Assembly: GCA_041661845.1 (NCBI GenBank)
Contig: JBAZTQ010000001.1
Location: forward strand, 11,361-75,360
Length of the DNA stretch: 64,000 nt
Direction: 5' to 3'
Source: Kiritimatiellales bacterium
GTDB lineage: Bacteria; Verrucomicrobiota; Kiritimatiellia; Kiritimatiellales; Tichowtungiaceae
The notes below the pieces were generated by a model. It did not search any database and was not told the DNA's origin. It saw only the letters and a program-made list of their open reading frames with translations. Of the stretch, positions 42,801 to 50,907 are shown piece by piece. The translations under genes were made by a program, and so were the position numbers. The first letter of the stretch is position 1, and each line of letters opens with the position of its first letter.

Positions 42801-43241
42801 GATGCTGCCGGGGTCGGGGACGATGTCTTCGTCCAGCAGATGGATTTCCGGAAGACCCGTGCCGTCGCTGGCGACCAGCGCTTTGCCGCTCCACGGCGCG
42901 GTCACCTGAAAACTCATCATGCGGGCGTGCGGGAAATCGCCTTCGATCAGAATTTTTGTTCCTTCGAGGAGCGGCTTATCGAACCGCCACAGATAATAGG
43001 TGTTGTCCGGCGGCTCGCCTTTGGCGTGGTTGAGATAACCCGATGCTTTCCAAGCTTCCGGGCTTTCCGCGAAAATTTTAAACCACTGGGCGCGCAGATT
43101 TTTTGCGCCGGCCCAGTCGGCAGGCCATGTGATCTGCTCCGGACGGCCGGTGTCAGTGGTTCCCCACTGTCCGGGAACCGGCTTTGCTTCGGCACCGAAA
43201 GCGATGAGAACGAGGCTGAGAATGGCAGAAATGTATTTCAT
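39798..43241 (-). CDS. Large secreted protein: ~560-aa N-terminal region of unknown function plus two tandem PHB-depolymerase/LpqC-type (CE1-like) esterase domains
   Basis: Signal peptide MKYISAILSLVLIAFGAEA. Esterase 1: VVMLHGGGGTGKAAA...VTGFSNGASMAFRF. Esterase 2: MVIVLHGGQMTGSEM...VTGYSNGASMANRIA. I chose the ATG at 43241; the track ORF extends to 43307. The 3' end overlaps the NRPS 3' end by 21 nt (convergent). Confidence 0.8.
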   Translation of the reverse strand: MKYISAILSLVLIAFGAEAKPVPGQWGTTDTGRPEQITWPADWAGAKNLRAQWFKIFAESPEAWKASGYLNHAKGEPPDNTYYLWRFDKPLLEGTKILIEGDFPHARMMSFQVTAPWSGKALVASDGTGLPEIHLLDEDIVPDPGSINPFRPGADRNAQKRHFHITFELRDGDPVLLNGAAAVPPYRAPGNLRIGGTATTEPGKLFGSPKARGPVVYMRMYLPDHYDPYGGVEPPVIRLQLPGKEPVLAPVSRAMPVNLRKFVAGYSLQENPALADGLSLKEKEADELLRDYARKAVQAGGQPGTYNPETHRLLDGPDGQIMLYKVFQTPWLVTYFKDYLGKDNLAGGRCELSARYRRAFGEMGPDTPPPGNDEHVSDHHIYNTYLVSSANIGPGQMLVFRGKMPRVPHTLQGNPVMEPDNELRYWNLSMHAGSPTRLTPVVNVTDETVATGSNGFYTIVIGRKEDRPACATEANGITWRDWPAGSTLSINMRIMSTASNVWKYAPQLVTWQEADLSVRNRNPDAVRKRMGVYYPETRCMTKSQVEALISTPQQPEKAAVPPGDHEFTLRCGELNRHYTVHVPPQYDGKKAVPAVVMLHGGGGTGKAAAQETGWGGKADQENFLAAFPDALARDPSKPGSFSRNPQLWNDGSDRFYPGQTPVDDVAFLNAVLDELCAKFAVDSRRIFVTGFSNGASMAFRFGAAASKRIAAIAPDAGACWIEPDRLERPLPMCYLTGADDPLNLLAGGVPKMKFGGSSDSMRAKPKPPVRDSIVKWAKAIGCPETAETTSENNGVRIETFGSVPENPAIVFVTVAGQGHTWAGGKSLLPESWVGQTTDKLDATGFIWDFFKRHPLSGKTPQPVSDCTLTVDGRPRTCHFHLPSGKTSGGPLPMVIVLHGGQMTGSEMEKLTGMSDTADQNGFIAAYPNAVGLYKGKLYWNDGRVPEVNDTAFISALIDQAVRHFHADPERVYVTGYSNGASMANRIAVELSGRIAAIAPVAGTIGTRAADDWKPAVPVPVLYFHGTADPFAYYSGGSAGTHRGSGLSANQYIAWWAEKNGCDKVPVQTELTQDADSGTHVTRTEYSCPRNHAEVIFCRIENGGHTWPGRAGQLPEKTYGKTATFDANTVMWNFFKQHRRNSSAPALL

Positions 43242-43254
43242 CAAACTTTTCCTT

Positions 43255-43689
43255 TTACTGTTCAGTACCGGAGGATGACGGGTTCCACAGTTTCCGCAGA
43301 CGCTCAAACCGTTCGTCCAGTTTCTGCACCTGTTCCGGTGTAAGCAGCTTGTTGATCTCCAGCCGGGCCGCTTGCAGCCGCATCAAACCCCTCATCCGGC
43401 TTCTGGCCTGCAGCACCCGCAGATCATCGGTTGTCTGTGAGACAATCGTCTGCACTGCGGTTTTCTGTTCGCCGGTCAGATGGAGATATTTGTCCATGCG
43501 GGCGATAGTACGATCGACCGCCTTTTCCGGTTCGCGCGCCGCTTCCCGCATCCGGTGGACAATGGCCGAAACGGTCAGTGCGCTGCCGAGCACCGTACCG
43601 CCGGTAAAAATTCCCAGCATGAGTAGTACAGTCCACAGCCGGCGGCGGGCCGGGCGCGGAAGAGATTCAGTTGATTTGTCCTTTTTCAT
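43255..43689 (-). CDS. Periplasmic LTXXQ-motif protein (Spy/CpxP family), membrane-anchored
   Basis: One N-terminal TM (LWTVLLMLGIFTGGTVLGSAL) and two LTxxQ motifs (LHLTGEQKTAV and LLTPEQVQKL). I chose the ATG at 43689. Confidence 0.7.
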   Translation of the reverse strand: MKKDKSTESLPRPARRRLWTVLLMLGIFTGGTVLGSALTVSAIVHRMREAAREPEKAVDRTIARMDKYLHLTGEQKTAVQTIVSQTTDDLRVLQARSRMRGLMRLQAARLEINKLLTPEQVQKLDERFERLRKLWNPSSSGTEQ

Positions 43690-43709
43690 TTCGATTCCTT
43701 TCCGCCGGG

Positions 43710-43946
43710 TCATCCGGCAAACATTGCAAAACAGGTGCTCCACGGATCGGTAAACAGGTCGAGCAGCGGCACGGTCAAAACTGCGGCGGCGGCTGAACAG
43801 GCAAGGGTTGTAACAGCCGGCCAGACCGGTGCACGGCGTGTCCGGCGGAGCCGGGGGATTACACGGTCGGCGATATCGAGCGGGAAGGCGGCGTCCATGC
43901 GGGCGCAGGCGGCCAGTTGTTCTACAGCTTTGAGGCGGTCATTCAT
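43710..43946 (-). CDS. Small single-pass membrane protein, possible anti-sigma factor
   Basis: 78 aa with one TM (VWPAVTTLACSAAAAVLTVPLL). Its start overlaps the upstream stop (ATGA). It lies in an ECF-sigma operon but has no zf-HC2 motif. Confidence 0.4.
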   Translation of the reverse strand: MNDRLKAVEQLAACARMDAAFPLDIADRVIPRLRRTRRAPVWPAVTTLACSAAAAVLTVPLLDLFTDPWSTCFAMFAG

Positions 43947-45178
43947 TTTATGTCTCCTTGTTTCAATTCACAGGAACCGGCTTTGCGTCCTGTGAGTGTG
44001 CGGAAATGTTCACCGAGTCCGTTCGGAGTTCCGGCACGGATGGCGGCGAAGGCCCTTGGATTCAGACGGCGCGTGATCTCATGATAGGGAATCCGGTCAA
44101 GCTCCGCAGAGTAGTCGAGATCGGCATAGAAATAACTGCTCCAGTAAAAGGAGAGCAGGCTCACCTGTTCGTGGCGGGCGAGATCGAACATGAGCGTCAT
44201 GAATTTACGATCCAGCGGTTGCCAGAACGAGAAAGCATCCCGACGGAAAACCTCCGCAGACGCAGCCACGTTTTCGCTGCCCGGACGCGCTGTTTTGTAA
44301 AGCCAGGATTCGTCGATACAGCATTGTTTCCCGGCGGCGCGGGCGATGCGGGCCGTCTGCCGGGCATTGTCCATGAATTTTGCGTTGACCGGGTAAACAT
44401 GAACGGCGAGGTAGTCCAGTTCCGGAATCGCGGCAAGACTCCGCGCGAAATCCAATGAGCTCCAGCTTCCTGACCCGGCACCGCACAGGATGCCCGTGTG
44501 ATCCCAGCCTTGGAGAGCGTTTTGCACAACCTCAGCAATCACAGCAGGTGTGTTAAGCTCGCGCAGGCCGGTCAGTTTGGCGTGAGTGTCGGGTTCCGTG
44601 AGCATATCGAGGTAATCGGGTTTCAGTTCGCGGGCCACCCGCATAACCATCAGGCGGTAATCGGCCTTGAATTTTTCGATGGTGAGATCGCGGTAAATAC
44701 CCTGAAACGGACTGAAGGGCGTATCAGCAAAGATAACCGAGACATGAGGCATGACCTTGATGCCGAGTTTATGCGCTTCGTCCACAACCTGCCGGTAGAA
44801 GGCCAGATATTCATCATTGCGGGGAAAGTCCGGCGTCAGCAGCGGATATTGAAGCGCGAACTTTACGCAGTCCACTCCCAGTTCGCGGAAGCTGCGCAGG
44901 GTGGTGACCACCGCCGGCATGGTTTCCGGCATCAGGAGCGCTTCGCCGCGGTTGGAATTCGCCACAAGCAGATCCGTGCAAAGCAGCGGGCCGTGCTGAT
45001 CCGGCTTCGTACCTGCTGCGGACTCAATCCGGAGCTGTTCATCGAGACTTCGCTCCAGCGTGCTGTACAGCGCGGTGTAGGCGGCAGGCACAGCATTCTG
45101 TGCAAAGCCCGGGCCGCCGCCGGGCATCGCCGCAGAAAACAGAAGTACGCCTAATAACCGGGTGTAATTCATCTGCAT
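43943..45178 (-). CDS. Secreted TIM-barrel glycoside-hydrolase-like protein (clan GH-A-like), putative
   Basis: Signal peptide MQMNYTRLLGVLLFSAAMPGG. ...DYLDMLTEPD... could be an NEP-like acid/base motif and ...CCIDESWLY... a candidate nucleophile Glu. The family assignment is tentative. Confidence 0.5.
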   Translation of the reverse strand: MQMNYTRLLGVLLFSAAMPGGGPGFAQNAVPAAYTALYSTLERSLDEQLRIESAAGTKPDQHGPLLCTDLLVANSNRGEALLMPETMPAVVTTLRSFRELGVDCVKFALQYPLLTPDFPRNDEYLAFYRQVVDEAHKLGIKVMPHVSVIFADTPFSPFQGIYRDLTIEKFKADYRLMVMRVARELKPDYLDMLTEPDTHAKLTGLRELNTPAVIAEVVQNALQGWDHTGILCGAGSGSWSSLDFARSLAAIPELDYLAVHVYPVNAKFMDNARQTARIARAAGKQCCIDESWLYKTARPGSENVAASAEVFRRDAFSFWQPLDRKFMTLMFDLARHEQVSLLSFYWSSYFYADLDYSAELDRIPYHEITRRLNPRAFAAIRAGTPNGLGEHFRTLTGRKAGSCELKQGDIK

Positions 45179-45187
45179 ATGTCTTCC

Positions 45188-45742
45188 TTATTTGTGATGG
45201 ATAAACAACTCTCTCAGCCGGTTGCGGGCCCGGTGCAGCCGGACTTTTACCGCGGCAAGGCTCCAGCCGGTCCGGTCGGCAATCTCTTGGGTTTCGCAGT
45301 CGTCAAAATAAAACAGAGTCAGCACCAGACGATCCGCCGGATTCAACCGGGCAAGCAGATGGAACAGCATCTCCCCGGCTTCGGAGCAGGTTAAGGTGCC
45401 GGGCTCCGCCGGAAGCTCCGGCAGGTTGCCGGGCAGAGCCGTTTCCCGCTCGCGGCAGCGGGTTTGCATTTTCCAGTAGCGGTAGCCGGTACGGGTGGCC
45501 AGCCGCCGCAGCCAGTGCAGAAACGGCACTTTCCCCCGGAAGCTTTTCAGGCTCAGGTAGGCTTCCACAAAAACCTCCTGTACCAGTTCTTCGAGCACCA
45601 CGGGATCGCGCGAAAAGCGGCGCATCTGCCCGGCAATGAGATGCTGGTGTTTTACAACCAGCCGGCGGTACGCCTCGCCGTCGCCCTTCAGGCTGGCCGC
45701 GATGTCGTTCCTTTCTTCCGTATTGTCCGCATTTGTCATCAT
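45188..45742 (-). CDS. ECF-type RNA polymerase sigma factor
   Basis: Region 2: YRRLVVKHQHLIAGQMRRFSRDPVVLEELVQEVFVEAYLSL. Region 4: LNPADRLVLTLFYFDDCETQEIADRTGWSLAAVKVRLHRARNRL. I chose the ATG at 45742; the track ORF begins at a GTG at 45835. Confidence 0.85.
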   Translation of the reverse strand: MMTNADNTEERNDIAASLKGDGEAYRRLVVKHQHLIAGQMRRFSRDPVVLEELVQEVFVEAYLSLKSFRGKVPFLHWLRRLATRTGYRYWKMQTRCRERETALPGNLPELPAEPGTLTCSEAGEMLFHLLARLNPADRLVLTLFYFDDCETQEIADRTGWSLAAVKVRLHRARNRLRELFIHHK

Positions 45743-46015
45743 ACGTTCATGAATTCCGTTCCACGGCAGGCCGAATTCTGTTGCTGCCGCAGGTTCCCGC
45801 AACTCGATATCAATTGCAATGCTTCGGCTGTCCACAGTTTAATCCTCATTCTTCGCCGCTGTTACAGTAATAGTGGACGGAAAGATCCGGCAGGTTACAT
45901 TCTCCGGCAACTTTTTGTTCAACGGATTAATGGCAGAAAGGATGGCTGACGAAATTCCTTCGCACACCGGTGCGCTTTTGTTAGCTTCTTCCGCCATTAA
46001 CCCGAAGGAGTGTTT

Positions 46016-47089
46016 ATGATGTTCTCCAAACCATGCAAATTTTTACTGGTGATTCTTCCGATTCTTGGATGTGCGCTTTGCGTGCAGGCCGCCACTCACG
46101 CAAAAACGAGCCCGGCAAAAAAGAAGACGGCGGCTCCCGCTGCGGCTGCACCGGCAAAAAAAACCGCCAATACCATTTCACGCGATCCGTACTACAGTGC
46201 CGTGGTGATTGATTCGTCCACCGGACAGATCCTTCAGGAAGATCACGCTTCCGCGGCGGCCTATCCTGCCAGCATGGTGAAGCTGATGAATTTTTTTATC
46301 ATCTTCGACGACGTGAAAGCCGGCAAGCTGCTGCTGGATGAACCGGTAACGGTAACGCGCGAGGTGTCACAAATCGGCGGACGGCAGGTGTGGCTGAAAG
46401 AAGGCGAAGTTTTTCCGTTCGAAGAGCTGGTTTACGCCATGATGATTCATTCGGCCAACGATGCGGCGGCGGCGTTGGCAATCCGTGTTTCCGGCAGTCG
46501 CGACGCGCATGTGGCCAGGATGAACGAAAAGGCGCGCGGACTCGGGCTGCGGAATACGGTTTTTCACAGCGTACACGGCCTTCCGCCCGGGCAGGGGCAG
46601 GAACTCGATAAGAGCTCTGCGCTTGATATGGCCTTAATGGCAAAAGCCCTGCTGGCGGCGCACCCTGAAATACTCAAATACACCTGCATTCCGACGCGTA
46701 CCTTCCGCGAAACCAATCCGGTGCAGCTGACGAGTTCAAATAAACTGCTTGGCAATTTGTCCGGTTGTGACGGCTTAAAGACAGGCTACTTTTATGAAGC
46801 CGGTTTTTCCATCACGGCCGCCGCCGAGCGTGAAGGCCGGCGGGTGATTGCCGTGGTTATGGGAAGCAAGGATAAGAATGTGCGCGACGCCAAAGCCGCC
46901 GAGTTGATTGAAAAGGGATTTGCGCGTCTTCCGCCTCCGCCTGTTGTTGAAACCAATCAACTTCCCGAAGTGGTCGTTGCCGAGCCCGTGGTGGAGAAAC
47001 AGCACAGTATTCTTCTGCCGGTATTAATCGGTTCGGCCGCACTGATTGGCGCGGTGATTCTGCTGGTTCGCCGCCGGAAGAAAATGTAA
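46016..47089 (+). CDS. D-alanyl-D-alanine carboxypeptidase (peptidase S11, PBP5/6-like)
   Basis: Signal peptide. SxxK (PASMVKLM), SxN (HSANDAA) and KTG (LKTGYF) motifs, plus a C-terminal membrane anchor. A GAAGGAG SD lies 5 nt before the ATG. Confidence 0.85.
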   Translation: MMFSKPCKFLLVILPILGCALCVQAATHAKTSPAKKKTAAPAAAAPAKKTANTISRDPYYSAVVIDSSTGQILQEDHASAAAYPASMVKLMNFFIIFDDVKAGKLLLDEPVTVTREVSQIGGRQVWLKEGEVFPFEELVYAMMIHSANDAAAALAIRVSGSRDAHVARMNEKARGLGLRNTVFHSVHGLPPGQGQELDKSSALDMALMAKALLAAHPEILKYTCIPTRTFRETNPVQLTSSNKLLGNLSGCDGLKTGYFYEAGFSITAAAEREGRRVIAVVMGSKDKNVRDAKAAELIEKGFARLPPPPVVETNQLPEVVVAEPVVEKQHSILLPVLIGSAALIGAVILLVRRRKKM

Positions 47090-47101
47090 TCAGCATGTTT
47101 G

Positions 47102-48646
47102 TCAGAGCACCGGATAGCCGATCAGTGTCATCAGCCGTTTGGCGAGTGCCTGCATGCGTGTGCCGCCTTCGTATGCCAGGTCGAGAAGATCCTTCTGGAT
47201 GTCTTTTTCGGCATGGCGCAGGGCGGCTTCTACCGAAACATTGACGACGGTGAGCGGCTGGAGCAGAGCCAGCATCAGCTGGGAAACCTCGATCACCAGT
47301 TCTTCGCGGTTCAAGTGTCTGGCATGATCTTCAACTGTGACCGGATGTCGCCGGTGCAGCTGGATCTGTGTTTCAAGTTCCTGAACCCGTTTTTCAATCT
47401 GGTCGGTATATGTGTTAAGTCCATCGCGCGTGTCGCTGACGGCGGTTTTTACCCGTGACGGGTTGCTGCACTCAAACTGCATAAGCCTTTCAAGATTTTC
47501 GAGGACGACGGCGAGAGCACCCATATTCAGATCTCCGTCACCGCTTGCGGTTCCGCCGTTCATAGAAGTTCCGCCGGCCTTTATCATCAGCCGCTGCCAC
47601 TCCTTATACGGAACATCTGAAGCTTTCAGCTGACCGCGCGCGCTTTCTGCACCTTGTTCCCGGATGCTTTCAATTATCTTCGCTTCCACCTTATCCAATC
47701 TGCGGAGCTGGTCGAAATAGTGTGCGGTGAGCATTTCAAACTGCTGCTGCTCTTCCATTTCGCGGATGGCATCGAAAATACGGCGGTCGATTTCCGGATG
47801 CTGCACACCGAGCACATTATGAATTTTATCCAGCACGTTCTTTTCCAGCAGCATCATGGCCTTGGTTAGATTAACCTTGCCTTGCGGGGACTGGAACTCG
47901 GCCTCTTTGCGCAATCCTCCATAGGTGCGGCGCAGGCAGCCGACTATGATATCAGCAAGCGACTCACCGTCGTGCAGGCCGCCGCCGGATTGCCGGATAG
48001 TCGCGGCCTCCAGAATCATTTGCCCAAGTCTCTCAGGGTCAGAGAGCATTTTTTTTACATCTTCCGCCGCTTCAATTCCGGAGGTGCCCCCTTTGAGGAA
48101 GGCGATGATCTGACTGACTTTTACGGATGCAATTTCGTCTGTGCCGGAGCCGGGGACATTTTTCCCTTTGCCGGGGCTCTGTTCACCGCTGCGCAGTGCG
48201 ACATATTTGACATCCGTCATTTCAATATGATCCAGTCCGGCGGCTGAAAGAGCCTCTTTCATCTGCATATCACATGGTGTGCCGAGGGCGCTGAGCAGTT
48301 GTTTCAGTTCGTTTTTCGTAAGTCCTTTGCTGAGCGCAAGGCGGGAAACCCTCATGGCGGCCAGCCGCTTTTCGAGTGTACGGACCGGCACATCGCGCGC
48401 AATAACGGGCTGATCATTAACGGTCAGCGTGCCGTTGAATGTGCCGATGGCAATGAATTTTCTGTCTTGCAGTACGTGCTGCAGGTCTTCGAATGTTTTA
48501 TCGATGATCAGTTCTGCAGAAGGATGTTCTGTTCCGTAAACCGAGACTGTACCCAAACTTCTTCCCAGCGAAACCAGTATCGAACTGAACTCGTCCGGAA
48601 TTTCTTTGCCATTTATGTGCGGAAGCGAAACAACGGCCTGTTCCAT
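47102..48646 (-). CDS. Hypothetical cytoplasmic protein (514 aa), largely helical
   Basis: Long uninterrupted ORF with a GGGGAG SD 9 nt before the ATG at 48646. The N-terminal ~125 aa (…VYGTEHPSAELIIDKTFEDL…FNGTLTVNDQPV…SKGLTKNELKQLL) resemble sensor-like N-terminal modules I have seen on HD-GYP-type proteins. I recognise no catalytic domain. Confidence 0.65.
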   Translation of the reverse strand: MEQAVVSLPHINGKEIPDEFSSILVSLGRSLGTVSVYGTEHPSAELIIDKTFEDLQHVLQDRKFIAIGTFNGTLTVNDQPVIARDVPVRTLEKRLAAMRVSRLALSKGLTKNELKQLLSALGTPCDMQMKEALSAAGLDHIEMTDVKYVALRSGEQSPGKGKNVPGSGTDEIASVKVSQIIAFLKGGTSGIEAAEDVKKMLSDPERLGQMILEAATIRQSGGGLHDGESLADIIVGCLRRTYGGLRKEAEFQSPQGKVNLTKAMMLLEKNVLDKIHNVLGVQHPEIDRRIFDAIREMEEQQQFEMLTAHYFDQLRRLDKVEAKIIESIREQGAESARGQLKASDVPYKEWQRLMIKAGGTSMNGGTASGDGDLNMGALAVVLENLERLMQFECSNPSRVKTAVSDTRDGLNTYTDQIEKRVQELETQIQLHRRHPVTVEDHARHLNREELVIEVSQLMLALLQPLTVVNVSVEAALRHAEKDIQKDLLDLAYEGGTRMQALAKRLMTLIGYPVL

Positions 48647-48706
48647 AATAAACAACTCCCCTTGTCGTGGAGGAGTTTAATGACAACCCTTGGCGCTTCC
48701 CAGTGC

Positions 48707-48741
48707 AAAAACAAAAAAGCTCACCTCGTCAAAGGTGAGCT
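48707..48741 (-). terminator. Rho-independent terminator downstream of tkt
   Basis: Read on the minus strand: AGCTCACC-TTTGACGA-GGTGAGCT followed by TTTTTTGTTTTTG, about 23 nt after the tkt stop. Confidence 0.75.
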
Positions 48742-48763
48742 TTCAAGCGGTCGAAAGATGTTT

Positions 48764-50749
48764 TTACACCAGCATTTCTTTGGCAACGTTATAGACGTTG
48801 TCAGCCGTGAAACCGAACTCCTTGGCCAGCGTGCCGGCCGGTGCGGAGGCACCGAAATGGTTGAGGCCGATGACGCGGCCCTGTTCGCCGACATATTTTT
48901 CCCAGCCCTGTGAATGTCCCGCTTCGACGGCGAGACGGTTTCTGCATTCCGCCGGGAAGACGGAGGCTTTGTACGCAGCGTCCTGCGTTTCGAACAGTTC
49001 CCAGCTCGGAAAGCTGACGACGCGTACGGCTTTGCCTTCGGCGGCCAGCTTCTTACCGGCTTCGATCGACAGCCACACTTCAGAACCGCTCGCGACAATC
49101 AGGATGTCGTGATTGCTCTTGGCGCTTTCCCAAATGGTGTATGCACCTTTTTTGAGGTTGCAGGCGCCGGCCAGTTCTTTGCGGTCAAAGATCGGCAGGT
49201 TCTGGCGGGTGAGAAGCAGGGCGGTCGGTCCGGTTTTGTTTTCGAGCGCCGCAATCCACGCGCATTTGGTTTCGGTGGCGTCGGACGGACGGATCACCGT
49301 GACGTTCGGCGTAATGCGCAGGCTCATCAGCGTTTCGATCGGCTGATGGGTCGGGCCGTCTTCGCCGACGTAGAAGCTGTCGTGCGTGTAAACGTAAATG
49401 ACCGGCAGGTTCATCAGCGCGGCGACGCGGGTCGTCGGGCGGACATAGTCGGCGAATACCAGAAAGGTGGCGCCGTAGATACGGAAGCCGCCGTGTACCT
49501 GAACGCCGTTCATGACGGCACCCATACCCAGTTCGCGTACGCCGAAGTGGAAGTTGCGGCCTTTGAACGACTTCTTGCTGATGTCGCCCATGTCTTTCAG
49601 GTGCGTGTTGTTGCTCGGTGCGAGGTCGGACGATCCGCCGACGAGATACGGCACCGCTTTAGCCAGATCCTGCAACACCTTGCCGGACGCGGCGCGGGTG
49701 GCGATGGTTGTTCCGGGTTCGAAGTCGGCGATTTTTTTGGCGAGGTTGGCCGGCAGTTCGCCGGTCATACAGGCGTTCCACTCTTTGGCTTTTTTCGGTT
49801 TGGCCTGTGCGAATTCGGCGAACGTCGCGTTCCAACCGGTTTCGATCGCGGCATTCTTTTTTGCGACTTCAGCAAAGGCGGCGCGGACTTCGGCGGGAAC
49901 AAAAAACTTCTCCGGCGAAATGCCGAGCGCGGCTTTGGTGAGTTTTACTTCTTCTTCGCCGAGCGGCGCGCCGTGGCAATCGTGCGAACCGGCTTTATTC
50001 GGCGAACCGAAGCCGATGGTTGTGTTGCAGATGATGACGGACGGTTTTTTCGTCTGGGCCTGCGCTGCTTTGGTGGCGGCGGCGATCTCGTCGTGGTTGT
50101 GGCCGTTGATTTCCTGAACGTGCCAGCCATAGGACAGCATGCGCTTTTTGACATCGTCGGTGTAGGTGATGTGTGTGTCGCCTTCGATGCTGATGAAATT
50201 CTGATCGTAGAACACGATCATTTTCCCGAGGCCGAGATTGCCGGCCATCGAGAATACTTCGTGCGAGATGCCTTCCATGAATTCGCCTTCGCTGGCGAAG
50301 ACATAGGTGAAATGGTCTACCAGTTTGTGCGCCTTACTGTTAAAGCGGGTCGCCAGCATCTTTTCAGCAATCGCCATACCGATGGCGTTGCCGCAGCCCT
50401 GGCCGAGCGGGCCGGTGGTGGTTTCGACGCCGACGGTGTGGCCGTATTCCGGATGACCCGGCGTTTTGCTGCCCCACTGGCGGAATTTTTTGAGTTCTTC
50501 GAGCGGCAGGTTGTAGCCTGAGAGGTGCAGCAGGCTGTAGATCAGCATGGAGCCGTGGCCGGCAGAGAGGACGAAGCGGTCGCGGTCGGCCCACTGCGGG
50601 TTCTGCGGGTTGTGCTTCAGAAACTGCGTCCAGACAACGGCGGCAACGTCCGCCATGCCGAGAGGGAGGCCGGGGTGGCCCGAATTGGCCGCCTGCACGC
50701 CATCCATTGAAAGTCCGCGAATTGTATTGGCAATCAGTTTGAGATCCAT
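48764..50749 (-). CDS. tkt: Transketolase
   Basis: 661 aa. MDLKLIANTIRGLSMDGVQAANSGHPGLPLGMADVA..., GHGSMLIYSLLHLSGY, and a typical length. Confidence 0.95.
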   Translation of the reverse strand: MDLKLIANTIRGLSMDGVQAANSGHPGLPLGMADVAAVVWTQFLKHNPQNPQWADRDRFVLSAGHGSMLIYSLLHLSGYNLPLEELKKFRQWGSKTPGHPEYGHTVGVETTTGPLGQGCGNAIGMAIAEKMLATRFNSKAHKLVDHFTYVFASEGEFMEGISHEVFSMAGNLGLGKMIVFYDQNFISIEGDTHITYTDDVKKRMLSYGWHVQEINGHNHDEIAAATKAAQAQTKKPSVIICNTTIGFGSPNKAGSHDCHGAPLGEEEVKLTKAALGISPEKFFVPAEVRAAFAEVAKKNAAIETGWNATFAEFAQAKPKKAKEWNACMTGELPANLAKKIADFEPGTTIATRAASGKVLQDLAKAVPYLVGGSSDLAPSNNTHLKDMGDISKKSFKGRNFHFGVRELGMGAVMNGVQVHGGFRIYGATFLVFADYVRPTTRVAALMNLPVIYVYTHDSFYVGEDGPTHQPIETLMSLRITPNVTVIRPSDATETKCAWIAALENKTGPTALLLTRQNLPIFDRKELAGACNLKKGAYTIWESAKSNHDILIVASGSEVWLSIEAGKKLAAEGKAVRVVSFPSWELFETQDAAYKASVFPAECRNRLAVEAGHSQGWEKYVGEQGRVIGLNHFGASAPAGTLAKEFGFTADNVYNVAKEMLV

Positions 50750-50907
50750 ATTTTCTCCTTATTGGTCGTTTGCTCCGTCGATGTCCTGTTTAAAATCCTC
50801 GGGAACTTAGCGAAAACCGTGTCCAATGACTAATAGGAACTGCTGAAATTTTAAACGAAAGAGAAACGAAAGCAGGAGTGCGCGACCTGTTTCGTTTACC
50901 CCGGCCC

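Noticed and set aside
48914-50521. 535-aa plus-strand ORF.
   Set aside because: It is antisense to transketolase, and the translation is R/G/A-rich without motifs. It is a shadow ORF.
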